From: Deltaproteobacteria bacterium
GTDB lineage: Bacteria > Myxococcota_A > Polyangia > Polyangiales > Polyangiaceae
Direction of reading: 5' to 3'
Length of the DNA: 62,033 nt
NCBI GenBank assembly: GCA_016209145.1
Contig: JACQWT010000051.1
Span: forward strand, 1-62,033
Positions 41,890 to 51,641 of the stretch are shown one piece after another. A program made the translations under genes and the position numbers. Position 1 is the stretch's first letter, and the number at the start of each line of letters is the position of its first letter. Under the pieces are notes generated by a model. The model saw only the letters and a list, made by a program, of their open reading frames with translations, searched no databases and had not been told where the DNA came from.

Positions 41890-44346
41890 CTATGGCGGCC
41901 CGACCTTGAGCGGCACCCGCAGGAGCTCGCTCCGCATGCCGTCGCCGTAGAGCACGGCGTAGGCGGCCAGCGAGGCGATGACCTGCTGCGTGTAGCGCCG
42001 CGTCTCGCGGTACGGGATGCTCTCGATGAAGACGTCGAAGTCGTCGCTCGGCCGCTCCCGGCGCCAGCGGGCCGGGGCGCCCGGCCCGGCGTTGTAGGCC
42101 GGGATGGCCAAGAGCGGGCTGCCGGCGAAGTCGCGCCGCAAGAGCGACAAGTAGCGGCAGCCCAGGGCGATGTTGATCTCCGGTCGCTCCAGCGCGGCGC
42201 GGCGCCAGGGCAGGCCGAGCGGCCGGGCCAGGCGCTCGGCCGTGGGCTCCATGAGCTGCATCAGGCCCACGGCACCCGCCGCCGACACGGCCTGCGGCCG
42301 GAAGGCGCTCTCCTCGCGCATGACGGCGTAGGCCAGAAGCTCGGAAACGCCGAAGCGCGCGGCCTGCTGCCGGACCAGATCTTGGTGGGCCCGGGGATAG
42401 GCCAGCCGCCAGATCCGCTGCCAGATGCCGGCCGGGTAGTGCTCGGTCCACAGGCGCGTGGTGGAGCGCAACAGGTCGTGCGACTCGGCCGCGGCCTCGA
42501 CCCGGGCCAACAGAAACGCCCCGGCCCACAGGAGCGACGGATCGGCGCTCCCATCTCGCACGCCGAGCCGGTCGAGCTCGGCCAGGGCCCCCGTCGCCTC
42601 GCCCTGGCGCACGAGCTCGATGGCGCGCTCGAAGCCCGGGGCGTGCAGCGGCTCGCTATCGGGGATGACGAAGCTGCCCCCGGGCTCGGCGGCGAGCGCA
42701 TCGGCGAGCACCCGCTCGGCCGCGGCCGGATCGCGCTCGCGCAGCCGGTTGTACGCCAGCACCATGTAGAACGAGAGTGGGAAGTCGCGCACTACCTGGG
42801 CGAGCAGGGCAGCGCCGTCGTCGGCGCTGCCGAGCGCAATCCGGGCGCGCGCGAGGAAGTAGCGGGCGCGGGCCTCGGCGTCGGCGCGCTCGGGCCGTCC
42901 CCGCCCCAACCGCTGCGCGGCGCGCTCCAGGGGAGCGAGCGCGCCGGCCCAGTCTCCCTTCTCGATGCGGTCGAGGGCCAGCACGAACAGCCCCTGGTCG
43001 ACCATGTCACCCTGGGGGTAGTCGTCGGCGATCCGGCCTAGCGCCCGCACGAAGCCGGCCTCGTCGCCGAGCTTGCGGGCGGCCTCGGCGCCGTGCAGAC
43101 GCGCGTCGTCGGCGAGGCTGTGCGCCGGGAACTCCTCCTCGACCAGGGCGTAGCGACGCCGCGCCTCGGCGGGCTGCCCGCCGCGTAGCGCCGATCGTGC
43201 CCCGAGGAACAATGCCTGCGCGCGCCGGGGAGTGCCGGCACACTGGGCCATGGCCAGGCCATACTGCTCGGATGCCTCGCCGTACCGACCGAGCGCGCCC
43301 AGCGCCTTGGCCCGCGCCAGGAACGTCTCGCACCCGAGCTCGCTCGGGCCCTTGCCCGTGAAGTGGGCAGCGAGCCGCACGGTCGCGGCCAGGGCCTCAC
43401 GCGGCTGGCCCGCGTCCGCCAAGGCGCGGGCCTGGGCCACGAGCTCGGCCCGCTCGACGTCCTTCAACCGCCGCCGTCGCTGCGACGGAATGGCGGACAA
43501 GGCCTGCTCCTCGAGCTCGCGCGCCTCCCCGACGCCGCGGCCGGCGGGCGACTGGAAGATCACGAGCCGTGCCACCTGCACGGCCCGCTCGGCGCGGGCC
43601 TCGGAGGGCTGCCGCAGCAGCGCCCGCGCGAAGCGCAGGGCGACGAGCTGCCAGCCGCTCGACCGCGGACGCCGCGCGAGGTACGGCTCCCAGATCTCGG
43701 CGGCCCGATCCACCTCGCCGCTGTCCGCCAATGCGCGGGCGCGCAGCAGATCGATCTCGCCGTCCGCCGCAAGCTCGGCGCGGATGCCGCCGAGCCGCGC
43801 CAGCGCCTCGGCCGGCTCGCCCGCCTGCACCAGCAGATCGGCCGCCTCCAGGCGCGCGTAGTCCGAGAGCGGCCAGTCGGCCGCCGCGGCCCGGTCGAAG
43901 GCCAGCACCGCGCCGAGCGGATCGCCAGCGCGCGAGCGCAGCAGGCCGAGCTGGTAGCTCCAGGCCGGCTCCTCCCAGGGCTGGCCGGCCTTCTCGGCCG
44001 CGCGCATGGCCGCCTGAAGCTCTTCCTGGGCGCGCACCCATGCCTGCCGCAACGCCGCTTGCTTGACGGCCGCCAGGCGCGGATCGTCGAGCACCGCCGC
44101 GATCCGCTCGGGATCGAAGACCGCGGCGGCCGGATCGACGACGCGGGCGGGCAGCGCCTCGACCGGTGGCCGCGCCGCGGCGCTCGGCTCGGCGTAGGGC
44201 CGCGCCAGCCAGCTCGGCACCGGCCCCGGTTGGGCGGGCGGGTCCGTGGCCGCCCCGCACCCACAGCCGTCGGCGCCGGCGAGGGCGACGGCGCAGAGCA
44301 CGGCCGCGGGCACCGCACGCCGGGCACAGTGAGCAAGCGTTGCCAC
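41890..44346 (-). CDS. Soluble lytic murein transglycosylase (Slt70-like)
   Basis: 818 aa with a GTG start and signal. Long superhelical N-terminus, then a C-terminal ESAFRPQAVSAAGAVGLMQLMEPTA ... AIPAYNAGPGA SLT catalytic domain. Confidence 0.85.
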   Translation of the reverse strand: MATLAHCARRAVPAAVLCAVALAGADGCGCGAATDPPAQPGPVPSWLARPYAEPSAAARPPVEALPARVVDPAAAVFDPERIAAVLDDPRLAAVKQAALRQAWVRAQEELQAAMRAAEKAGQPWEEPAWSYQLGLLRSRAGDPLGAVLAFDRAAAADWPLSDYARLEAADLLVQAGEPAEALARLGGIRAELAADGEIDLLRARALADSGEVDRAAEIWEPYLARRPRSSGWQLVALRFARALLRQPSEARAERAVQVARLVIFQSPAGRGVGEARELEEQALSAIPSQRRRRLKDVERAELVAQARALADAGQPREALAATVRLAAHFTGKGPSELGCETFLARAKALGALGRYGEASEQYGLAMAQCAGTPRRAQALFLGARSALRGGQPAEARRRYALVEEEFPAHSLADDARLHGAEAARKLGDEAGFVRALGRIADDYPQGDMVDQGLFVLALDRIEKGDWAGALAPLERAAQRLGRGRPERADAEARARYFLARARIALGSADDGAALLAQVVRDFPLSFYMVLAYNRLRERDPAAAERVLADALAAEPGGSFVIPDSEPLHAPGFERAIELVRQGEATGALAELDRLGVRDGSADPSLLWAGAFLLARVEAAAESHDLLRSTTRLWTEHYPAGIWQRIWRLAYPRAHQDLVRQQAARFGVSELLAYAVMREESAFRPQAVSAAGAVGLMQLMEPTAERLARPLGLPWRRAALERPEINIALGCRYLSLLRRDFAGSPLLAIPAYNAGPGAPARWRRERPSDDFDVFIESIPYRETRRYTQQVIASLAAYAVLYGDGMRSELLRVPLKVGPP

Positions 44347-44422
44347 AGAGCAACCCTAGACCAAAACGCGGATCCGGTCGAAATCGCGCAACTCGGCGCC
44401 GCCCCGTGTCGATAGACAGGGC

Positions 44423-45358
44423 GTGGATACCGTACGTCTGTCGCCGACCCAGCTCGGCTACCCGGCCGGCATGCGCGAGCTGTGGCGGATCTGGCGGGGT
44501 CTGCTGGCCGCCTGCGCTCCGCCGCCGGCGCTCTACGTGCGGGGCGTCCTGCCCGCCCGCCGGGGCGTGGCCCTGGTGGGCACCCGCAAGCCCTCTGCCG
44601 AAGCGCTCGCGTTCGCGCGCCGGCTTGCGGCCGGCCTGGGCGAGGCCGGGTACGCCGTCTGGTCTGGAGGCGCTCGCGGCATCGACGGCGCCTGCCCCGA
44701 GGCGGCCTTGGGAGCAGGCGCGCCCACGGGGGCGGTGCTCGCGGGGGGCCTCGACCGCCCCTACCCGGAGGAGCACGGCCCGCTCTTCGAGCGGGTGCTG
44801 CGCCAGGGCGGTGCGCTCGTCTCGCTCTACCCCGACGGCACGCCCCACCGGCGCCCCCTCTTCCTCCGGCGCAACGGCGTGCTCGCCGCGCTGACCGCTG
44901 CAACCATCGTGGTGCAGGCCCCGCACATCAGCGGCGCGCGCTCGACGGCGAGTGCCGCGCGAAGGCTGGGACGCCCGCTCGGCGTCGTGCCGCACCCGCC
45001 ATGGTGCCCGCACGGCGCCGGCTGCGCGCGGGAGCTCGGCCTCGGGGCCCGGCCTATCAACCAGATCTCCGACGCGCTCGGCCTGCTCGCCGGCCCGAGC
45101 CCACCCCGGCCGCAGCCCGAGCCGGCAGCGCCGCTACTGCACCCGGGCGACACTGAGATAGTCACAGAGAATCAAGCACTTGACAGCGAAGAGCAAGTCG
45201 TTTTCGAGGCAGTGGGGCCCGCCCCGCAGCACGTGGACGAGCTGTGCCGAGCGACCGGCATGTCCTGCTCCGCTGCCGTCAGGGCGCTCTTGACCTTGAC
45301 CCTGCGGGGGGTGGTAGTAGAGGGCCCAACAGGCCACTTCCGGCGCCGGCCCCTCTAG
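44423..45358 (+). CDS. dprA: DNA-processing protein DprA
   Basis: VALVGTRKPS..., VWSGGARGIDGA, AATIVVQAPHISGARSTA, and a C-terminal winged-helix-like DELCRATGMS...LLTLTLRGVV. Confidence 0.85.
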   Translation: MDTVRLSPTQLGYPAGMRELWRIWRGLLAACAPPPALYVRGVLPARRGVALVGTRKPSAEALAFARRLAAGLGEAGYAVWSGGARGIDGACPEAALGAGAPTGAVLAGGLDRPYPEEHGPLFERVLRQGGALVSLYPDGTPHRRPLFLRRNGVLAALTAATIVVQAPHISGARSTASAARRLGRPLGVVPHPPWCPHGAGCARELGLGARPINQISDALGLLAGPSPPRPQPEPAAPLLHPGDTEIVTENQALDSEEQVVFEAVGPAPQHVDELCRATGMSCSAAVRALLTLTLRGVVVEGPTGHFRRRPL

Positions 45359-45381
45359 CGGCCGCGTCCTGGCAGCTTAAG

Positions 45382-47756
45382 ATGGCAACAACGCTCGTCA
45401 TCGTCGAGTCCCCCGCCAAGGCACGGACCATCAAGAAGTACCTCGGTGCCGGGTACGAGGTGCTGGCCTCGAACGGCCACGTCAAGGACCTGCCCAAGAA
45501 GCTCGGGGTCGACGTGGAGCACGACTTCCTGGAGACCTACGAGACCATCGCGGGCAAGGCCAAGGTAGTGGCCAAGCTGAAGAGCGCCGCGCAGAAGGCC
45601 GACCACGTCCTGCTCGCCACCGACCCGGACCGCGAGGGCGAGGCCATCGCCTTCCACATCGCGCAGGAGATCGACGGCGGCGGCCGTGGCGTGGACCGAG
45701 TCGAGTTCCACGAGATCACCCGCCGCGGCATCGAGCACGGCGTGCGACACCCGCGCCGGCTCGACACCAACCTCTACGATGCCCAGAGGGCACGCCGCGT
45801 GCTCGACCGCATCGTCGGCTACGACGTCTCGGCGCTGGTCTGGTCGAAGCTCGCCTACGGCTTGTCGGCCGGCCGGGTCCAGTCGGTGGCCCTGCGGCTC
45901 ATCGTCGACCGCGAGAGCGAGATCGATGCGTTCGTGCCCCGTGAGTACTGGAGCATCGGCGCGGCCCTGTCCCACGAGGGCGGCCGGCCGCTCGGCGCGA
46001 AGCTCGTCAGCGCCGACGGGGAGAAGATCGATCTGGGTGACGCCGGCGTGGCAGGCGCGGTCAGCGCGGACCTCGAGCGCGCCACGTTCCAGGTGCAGAA
46101 GATCACGCGCCGCGAGCAGCGGCGCCGGCCGCCCGCGCCGTACACCACCTCCAAGCTCCAGCAGGATGCCTCGAGCTACCTGCACCTGCCGGCCCGGCGC
46201 ACGATGCGTGTCGCGCAGAGCCTCTACGAGGGGTGCGACCTGAAGCAGGCAGGCGGCCCGGTCGGGCTCATCACCTACATCCGCACCGACTCGACCCGCG
46301 TGGCCGACGAGGCGGTGCGCGAGGTGCGGGCGTACATCGAGAAGGTCTTCGGGGCGGGCTCCTTGCCCGAGCAGGCGTGGATCTACAAGTCCAAGAAGTC
46401 GGCCCAGGACGCGCACGAGGCCATCCGGCCCACCCACGTGGACCTGCACCCGGACGCCGTTCGCCGGTATCTCACGAGCGACCAGTACCGGCTCTACAAG
46501 CTCGTCTGGACGCGCTTCGTGGCCTCGCAGATGGCCGCGGCCGTGTACGATCAGACCAGCATCGACATCGAGGCTCGGCCGGGCGTGGCCGAGCGCCGCC
46601 GCGAGCGCTACCTCCTGCGCGCCACCGGGCGGATCCTCAAGAGCCCGGGCTGGCTGCAGGTGACCGGGGGGCAGATCCAGTTCGCCGGCGAGGGCGAGAA
46701 CGGCCACGACGAGGGCCGGGAAGAGCAGCCGGACGGGCTGACGAGCGAGCCGCCGAGCGGGCCGCCGAGCGAACCGCCCGTCTCGATCGGCTCGCAGCTT
46801 GCGCAACTGCGCGCCGCCGCGCTCTGCGGCCGCAACGAGACGCTGCCCGGCCTGCCGGACGGCGCGCTCCTCGATCCGGTCCGTCCGCCGGGCGTAGTGG
46901 CGGAGCAGAAGTTCACCCAGCCGCCGCCGCGCTACAACGAGGGCTCGCTCGTGCGCGAGCTGGAGAAGCGGGGCATCGGCCGGCCGTCGACCTACGCCGA
47001 GATCATCGGCAAGGTCCAGGCGCGCGACTACGTGCGCAAGCTCGATGGCGGCGCCTTCCAGCCGAGCGAGCTCGGCCGGCTCGTGGTGGGCGGCCTGGTC
47101 CGGAGCCAGCTCGATTTCATGGACCCGGGTTTCACCGCCGAGATGGAGGAGGAGCTCGACGAGGTCGGCGCCGGCCGCCTGGGCCGCGCGGAGCTGTTGC
47201 GGCGCTTCTACCATCGGTTCAAGGAGCAGCTCGATCGCTCCAAGCAGCAGGCCGCGTGGAAACCGGCGCCGGAGGAGACCAGCGAGAGCTGCGAGGAGTG
47301 CGGCGCGCCCATGCTCAAGCCGCGCCGGCCGGCGAGACGAGCGTCGTGTGCGAGAAGTGCGGCAAGCCCATGGTGATTCGGTCCGGGCGCTACGGCGAGT
47401 TCCTGGCTTGCAGCGGATACCCCAAGTGCAAGAACGCGCGGCCCGTGCCCCTCGGGGTCGCCTGTCCCAAGTGCGGTGGCGATCTCGTCGAGATCCGTTC
47501 GCGCAAGCCGGGCGGGCGGCGCTTCTACGGCTGCGCCAACTACGCCGCCGAGCAGAAGTGCGACTTCCGGCTCTGGGCGCGGCCGGTCCCCGTCCCCTGC
47601 CCCGTCTGCGGCACGCCGTTCATGACGGAGCGCAAGGGCAAGAGCCCGGCCCTGGTGTGCGCGGACAAGAAGTGCGGCGGCCGGCGGGCGAACGAGGCAG
47701 GCGGCGGCGAGCCGCGGATAGCCGAGGCGGCTGCGCCGACCGAGTCCCCTTCGTGA
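45382..47756 (+). CDS. topA: DNA topoisomerase I (apparent frameshift near 47320-47335)
   Basis: MATTLVIVESPAKARTIKKYLG (Toprim), ITYIRTDS (active-site Tyr region) and QPPPRYNEGSLV. The C-terminal zinc ribbons CEKCGKPMVIRSGRYGEFLACSGYPKC and CPKCGG...FYGC continue only in ORF 46233..47756, a different frame from ORF 45244..47376. Confidence 0.85.
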
Positions 47757-47809
47757 GCATGGCGGGCGAGCTCTCGACACGGTCGTCGCACGGTGCCCAT
47801 AACTCCGCT

Positions 47810-49324
47810 CTAAGGACCCACCTGGGCGCTCTCCGGCCTCCCCACGGCCGCGGACGCCTGGCGGGCGGCCTCGCCCCGGGGTCGCCCCCCGACCCCGAGC
47901 CGGTAGCTGGCAGGGGCACGCCGCCGCTTCGCTCGGCGGCGAGCGTCGTACATCGCGAGCAGGCGCCCGCGCGCGTCGACGATCTCTTGGAGCCGCTGGT
48001 CACCTACGGGCACTCGGACCGAGAGCTGGCTCTGGTGGACAGCGAGCTCGCCCGCGAGGGTGAACAGCTCGTAGCGCAGCCGCTTCGGTCGCGCGTCCCG
48101 GAAGCGCTCCGGTAGCGCGCACCTCTTGAGCACGGTGAGCACGTTGAATGTCAGCGCGTTGATGCGGAACCATGCGGCGTTTGCGCCGAACCGCGCGCTG
48201 GGCAGCACGCCCGCGCCGAGCTCGTCCTTGAGCACCCGGTGCACGTGCTCGATCGTGCCGGCCTTCTGCCGGTGCCAGCGCACGATCTCGGCCGCGTCTT
48301 CGAGATCGTGGCGGTTGCTCACGATGGCGTGGTAGCTGACCCCCTTGCTCTCGAACAGCTCCTGCTGGCGCGGCGTGAACCGCAGCGCGATGTAGCGCAG
48401 CGGCTTCGCGTCGCGCGGCCAGTCGCCCGGCGTGAACTCCACCTCGGCGAGGTCGACCTGTTCTCGCTCACGCGTATCGAGCAGAGCCCACCGCTCCGGT
48501 TCCACCGCGGTGCAGCACGCTCGTAGCTCCTTCGACATGTCCGCGCTGATCGCGAAGCCGATCTTCTCGCTCACCAGGTACTTGAGCAGCGGCGTGTAGT
48601 ACGCCGCCGAGTCGGCACGGAAGCGGCGCGCGACGACCCACGGCGGCAAGTTCGCAAACGCCCGCTTCACCGAGGTCAACGGGTCTTCGCCCCCCGCCAC
48701 GTTGCCGTCGCGGAACTCGTCCGCCACGACGAGCTGCTGCTCCGCCCACACCGCCACCAGAGGCTGGAACCCCCGCGTTCCCTCGTACGCCACCTTCGCG
48801 TCGCGCTTGTGTGCCTCGATGATCGTCCCGTCGTGGTCGATGGTCGCCTGCGTCACGCCAGGCTCGGCGCCTCGCGCCACCAGTTCGCGGTTGACCGCGT
48901 CCAGTGCCCGCAGACTCTCCGACTCCGGCGGCACCCACGCCTTCTTCTCGGGCGGCCGATCCTCGTAGCCCTTCGGGTCGTGGAACTGTCCGACGATGTC
49001 GAGTAGCGCGTCGGGCGATGGAAAGGGCGCGCCGAGAAGCTTCTCCAGCCCCCTGTCCTCCGCCAGCACGCGCACGTCCTCCACGCGATCGCCGCCCGCC
49101 GCGATCAGCGTCACGAGCGCCTCGAGCTTCTGCGCGGGAGCGAAGCCTCGCTGCCGCTTCTGCTGCGGCAGCTCATTCGCTGCCAACTCGTCCAGCCCCA
49201 GCGCCCGCATCGTCTCGACGACGAGCGGCAGCCCGGCCCGGGCGGTGACGTCGTCTCGCTTGGCCTGCACGATCACGAACGGCAAGATACCCTGCCGGCC
49301 GTCCCGACGCAGTCGCAGGCTCAT
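47810..49324 (-). CDS. IS1380-family transposase
   Basis: MSLRLRRDGRQGILPF...TIDHDGTIIEAHKRDA...FRADSAAY...YHAIVSN...WHRQKAGTIEHVHRVLKDELG... is the typical IS1380/DDE layout. The stop lies inside the left inverted repeat. Confidence 0.9.
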   Translation of the reverse strand: MSLRLRRDGRQGILPFVIVQAKRDDVTARAGLPLVVETMRALGLDELAANELPQQKRQRGFAPAQKLEALVTLIAAGGDRVEDVRVLAEDRGLEKLLGAPFPSPDALLDIVGQFHDPKGYEDRPPEKKAWVPPESESLRALDAVNRELVARGAEPGVTQATIDHDGTIIEAHKRDAKVAYEGTRGFQPLVAVWAEQQLVVADEFRDGNVAGGEDPLTSVKRAFANLPPWVVARRFRADSAAYYTPLLKYLVSEKIGFAISADMSKELRACCTAVEPERWALLDTREREQVDLAEVEFTPGDWPRDAKPLRYIALRFTPRQQELFESKGVSYHAIVSNRHDLEDAAEIVRWHRQKAGTIEHVHRVLKDELGAGVLPSARFGANAAWFRINALTFNVLTVLKRCALPERFRDARPKRLRYELFTLAGELAVHQSQLSVRVPVGDQRLQEIVDARGRLLAMYDARRRAKRRRAPASYRLGVGGRPRGEAARQASAAVGRPESAQVGP

Positions 49325-49325
49325 C

Positions 49326-49691
49326 TCAGCTCCGCCGGCGCCGGCGCGCCCGGCGGCGCTCGCGCGCCTCACGCTTCAGGTCCGAGAGCTCGCACGCGGT
49401 CAGCTCGTTGATCACCTTCCATAGCGTCGTGTACGCGCCGAGTGCTGCGCGCACCCTGGCCTCGTCCTCGGGGCGGACGTGCAGCGCATGCGTGCGCCCG
49501 TCGAGCTGCACCGTGAGAAACTTCCCTCCGTGCCGCTTGCCTGGATCGCGGGCGCAGGCGCAGTTGGGGCGACCGCAGCGCCGCAGGCGCTCGACCAGCG
49601 AGCCGCGCATCAGCGGCGCGAAGCTCAGCGCGCGGAGCTGCTCGCGCAGGTCGCGCCGGTGACGCTGGGTCTGCTCGCGGTCGGATGCCAT
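49326..49691 (-). CDS. Small Cys-motif accessory protein of the IS (DUF6788-like)
   Basis: MASDREQTQRHRRDLREQLRALS...RCGRPNCACARDPGKRHGGKF. Lies directly upstream of, and coupled to, the transposase (TGAGATG). Confidence 0.5.
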   Translation of the reverse strand: MASDREQTQRHRRDLREQLRALSFAPLMRGSLVERLRRCGRPNCACARDPGKRHGGKFLTVQLDGRTHALHVRPEDEARVRAALGAYTTLWKVINELTACELSDLKREARERRRARRRRRS

Positions 49692-49887
49692 ATCTGAATC
49701 ATGTAACACTAACCAGATATCCGCTCAAGCAAAAATTCGCCCTTGGGGCGGACCCCCTCCACGCCCGAACCCCCTGCTACTGCGGCGGATCCCGGGACCC
49801 GGCCGACCTTAGAGCGGAGTTATGGGGTGCCGCGCCTGCTTGTCGTTCTCGTGCAGGTCGTGCTACAAGAGCTCGGGGAGCAGTGGC

Positions 49888-51057
49888 GTGTCAGAGCAGC
49901 CAACAACTGCCGTGCTGGGTTCTCGACTGCGTCAGCGTCGAGAGGAGCTCGGCGCCACATTGGAGCAGGCCGCACAGTGGTCGGGGCTTGTGCCGGAGTG
50001 GCTTGCGGCGATGGAGGCCGGTGCGCTCGACGTGACCGCTGGGGATTTCGAGCGCGCGTGCCGCGGCATTGCGGTCGATCCGACCGTCATCTACCGCGGC
50101 GACGACACGCCGAAATGGCGCATGACCCGCTTCCGAGCGGCGTCTACGCCGGACGCGCCGTTGCCGCCGGCCGCGATCCGAGCGCTGGCGCTCGGCGCCG
50201 AGCTTGGACGCGTGCTGGCGAGCCTGCTGCGCCGCCTTGGGCGACCAGTGCCGCTGGAGCAGCACCGGAGGACCGAAGCCCTGCGCTCGGCTCCGGAGCC
50301 GTGGGAGCAGGGATATGTCCTGGGCGAGCGGGCTCGTGCTCGCCTCTTCCCCGATCCCGGGCCAATCCAAGACGTGGAGGCGCTGCTTGCTGATCTCGGG
50401 GTGCACGTGGGCCCAGTCCGGTTCGGTGTCCGGGAGATCGAGGCGGCTTCGCTGTGGGAGCCGGGGGCGGCGCCCGTGATCCTGCTCAACGCGGGGCTGC
50501 GACGCGCGCGCTACGGTCTCTCGCGTCGAGCGATCCTATGCCACGAGCTCTGCCATCTGCTGCACGATGCCGGGGAGGCGCAGATGACGACGCGGGTGAG
50601 CTGGTCGGAGGATGCCGGGAACTACGACGATGCCATCGAGCAGCGTGCGCGCGGGTTCTCGCCGGCCTTCCTTGCTCCGCGGGAGCAAGTTCGGTCGGCC
50701 CTGGCCGAGGAGCTTGGCGCGAAGCGACGGCCCGATGCGCCACGTGTCGTCGGTGCCATCGCGCGGCGTTGGGGCCTGTCGTACGAGGGAGCAATTTGGC
50801 ACGCGAGGAACTGCCGGCTCATTCACGTGGCCGACGCGCAGCATCTCGTGGCGCGCCATTCCGCGTCGCCGCAGCTACCGTGGGCCCACGAGCTCGAGCA
50901 GCCCCTGCCAACTGCGGCGCCCGCGCTTGTGCATGCGGCCCTTCCGGACAGACGGTCCCCGATAATGGACGGGGCCGGCGCCAGTGTCGTGCTCGCCGCG
51001 CTCGACCGGGCCGTGATCTCGGCCGGACGGGCACGGGAGATCCTGACGTGGGCCTAG
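49888..51057 (+). CDS. XRE-family HTH fused to an ImmA/IrrE-type metallopeptidase domain
   Basis: LGSRLRQRREELGATLEQAAQWSGLVPEWLAAME (HTH) and RRAILCHELCHLLHD (HExxH). Probable GTG start at 49888. The ORF-track ATG at 49822 lies inside the IS inverted repeat. Confidence 0.7.
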   Translation: MSEQPTTAVLGSRLRQRREELGATLEQAAQWSGLVPEWLAAMEAGALDVTAGDFERACRGIAVDPTVIYRGDDTPKWRMTRFRAASTPDAPLPPAAIRALALGAELGRVLASLLRRLGRPVPLEQHRRTEALRSAPEPWEQGYVLGERARARLFPDPGPIQDVEALLADLGVHVGPVRFGVREIEAASLWEPGAAPVILLNAGLRRARYGLSRRAILCHELCHLLHDAGEAQMTTRVSWSEDAGNYDDAIEQRARGFSPAFLAPREQVRSALAEELGAKRRPDAPRVVGAIARRWGLSYEGAIWHARNCRLIHVADAQHLVARHSASPQLPWAHELEQPLPTAAPALVHAALPDRRSPIMDGAGASVVLAALDRAVISAGRAREILTWA

Positions 51058-51641
51058 GCCCGCCGCGCTGGATCCTCGACGACGGTGCGCTCGGCGTGCT
51101 GGCCGAGACCATCGCCCCCGCCGCGCCCGCGTCGTGGCCGCCCGGTGAGCTGTTCGTCGCCGAGCAGACCCAGGCCGACGTCGCGCACGACAAGTCAGGG
51201 CGCCGCGTGGCGCTGCTGGCCGTCCGGACCGACCGCAAGCCCGTGATCGACGTCCTCCGCGTGCCGCTCGGTTCGCCAGCGGCGCGTATCCTCTACGATC
51301 ACCTCGGCCGCGGATCCGACGACACTGAGGGCCGGGCAGAGCGTCAGGCAATCGCCTGGGCGATCGACATCGGCACGGACGCCATCTTCGTGACGCACGA
51401 CAAGCGCGCCGCGCTGACCGCGCTCGCCGAGCTCGGGCGCTGCCGCGTGGCGCACACGTTCGATCTCTGGATGCACCTGCACGCGTCCGGCCGCGTGACC
51501 GACGACGAGTACGGCAGGTTGTGCGAGCGGACCGCGAAACGAGACGATGGGTTGCCGGGGGTGCCGTGGCGGATCAAGAGCGCGGCGAAGTGGGTGCATG
51601 CAGGCAAGGACATAGTGATGGCGGGCTGGGCTGACGGATGA
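51048..51641 (+). CDS. PIN-like (DUF3368/DUF4411-like) putative nuclease partner of the ImmA protein
   Basis: GTG 51048 overlaps the ImmA gene end. [11 protein letters not shown]... and [36 protein letters not shown] resemble the GE.e.ia.A......i.DD..AR..A PIN-like pattern. Confidence 0.45.
   Translation: MGLGPPRWILDDGALGVLAETIAPAAPASWPPGELFVAEQTQADVAHDKSGRRVALLAVRTDRKPVIDVLRVPLGSPAARILYDHLGRGSDDTEGRAERQAIAWAIDIGTDAIFVTHDKRAALTALAELGRCRVAHTFDLWMHLHASGRVTDDEYGRLCERTAKRDDGLPGVPWRIKSAAKWVHAGKDIVMAGWADG

Larger units (their letters stand above)
47797..49825. mobile_element. IS1380-family insertion sequence (2029 bp) with 19-bp perfect terminal inverted repeats and 5-bp TSD GGTGC
   Basis: CCATAACTCCGCTCTAAGG at 47797-47815, with its reverse complement at 49807-49825. 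GGTGC at 47792-47796 and 49826-49830. Confidence 0.85.

Noticed and set aside
43397-47214. Long ORFs antisense to slt, dprA and topA (43397..45013, 43560..44903, 45355..47214).
   Set aside because: They have no motifs and biased composition. The sense frames carry strong family signatures.
47300-47376. Programmed ribosomal frameshifting in topA.
   Set aside because: I saw no slippery heptamer or downstream structure. The site is a GC-rich run prone to indel errors, so a sequencing error or simple mutation is more parsimonious.
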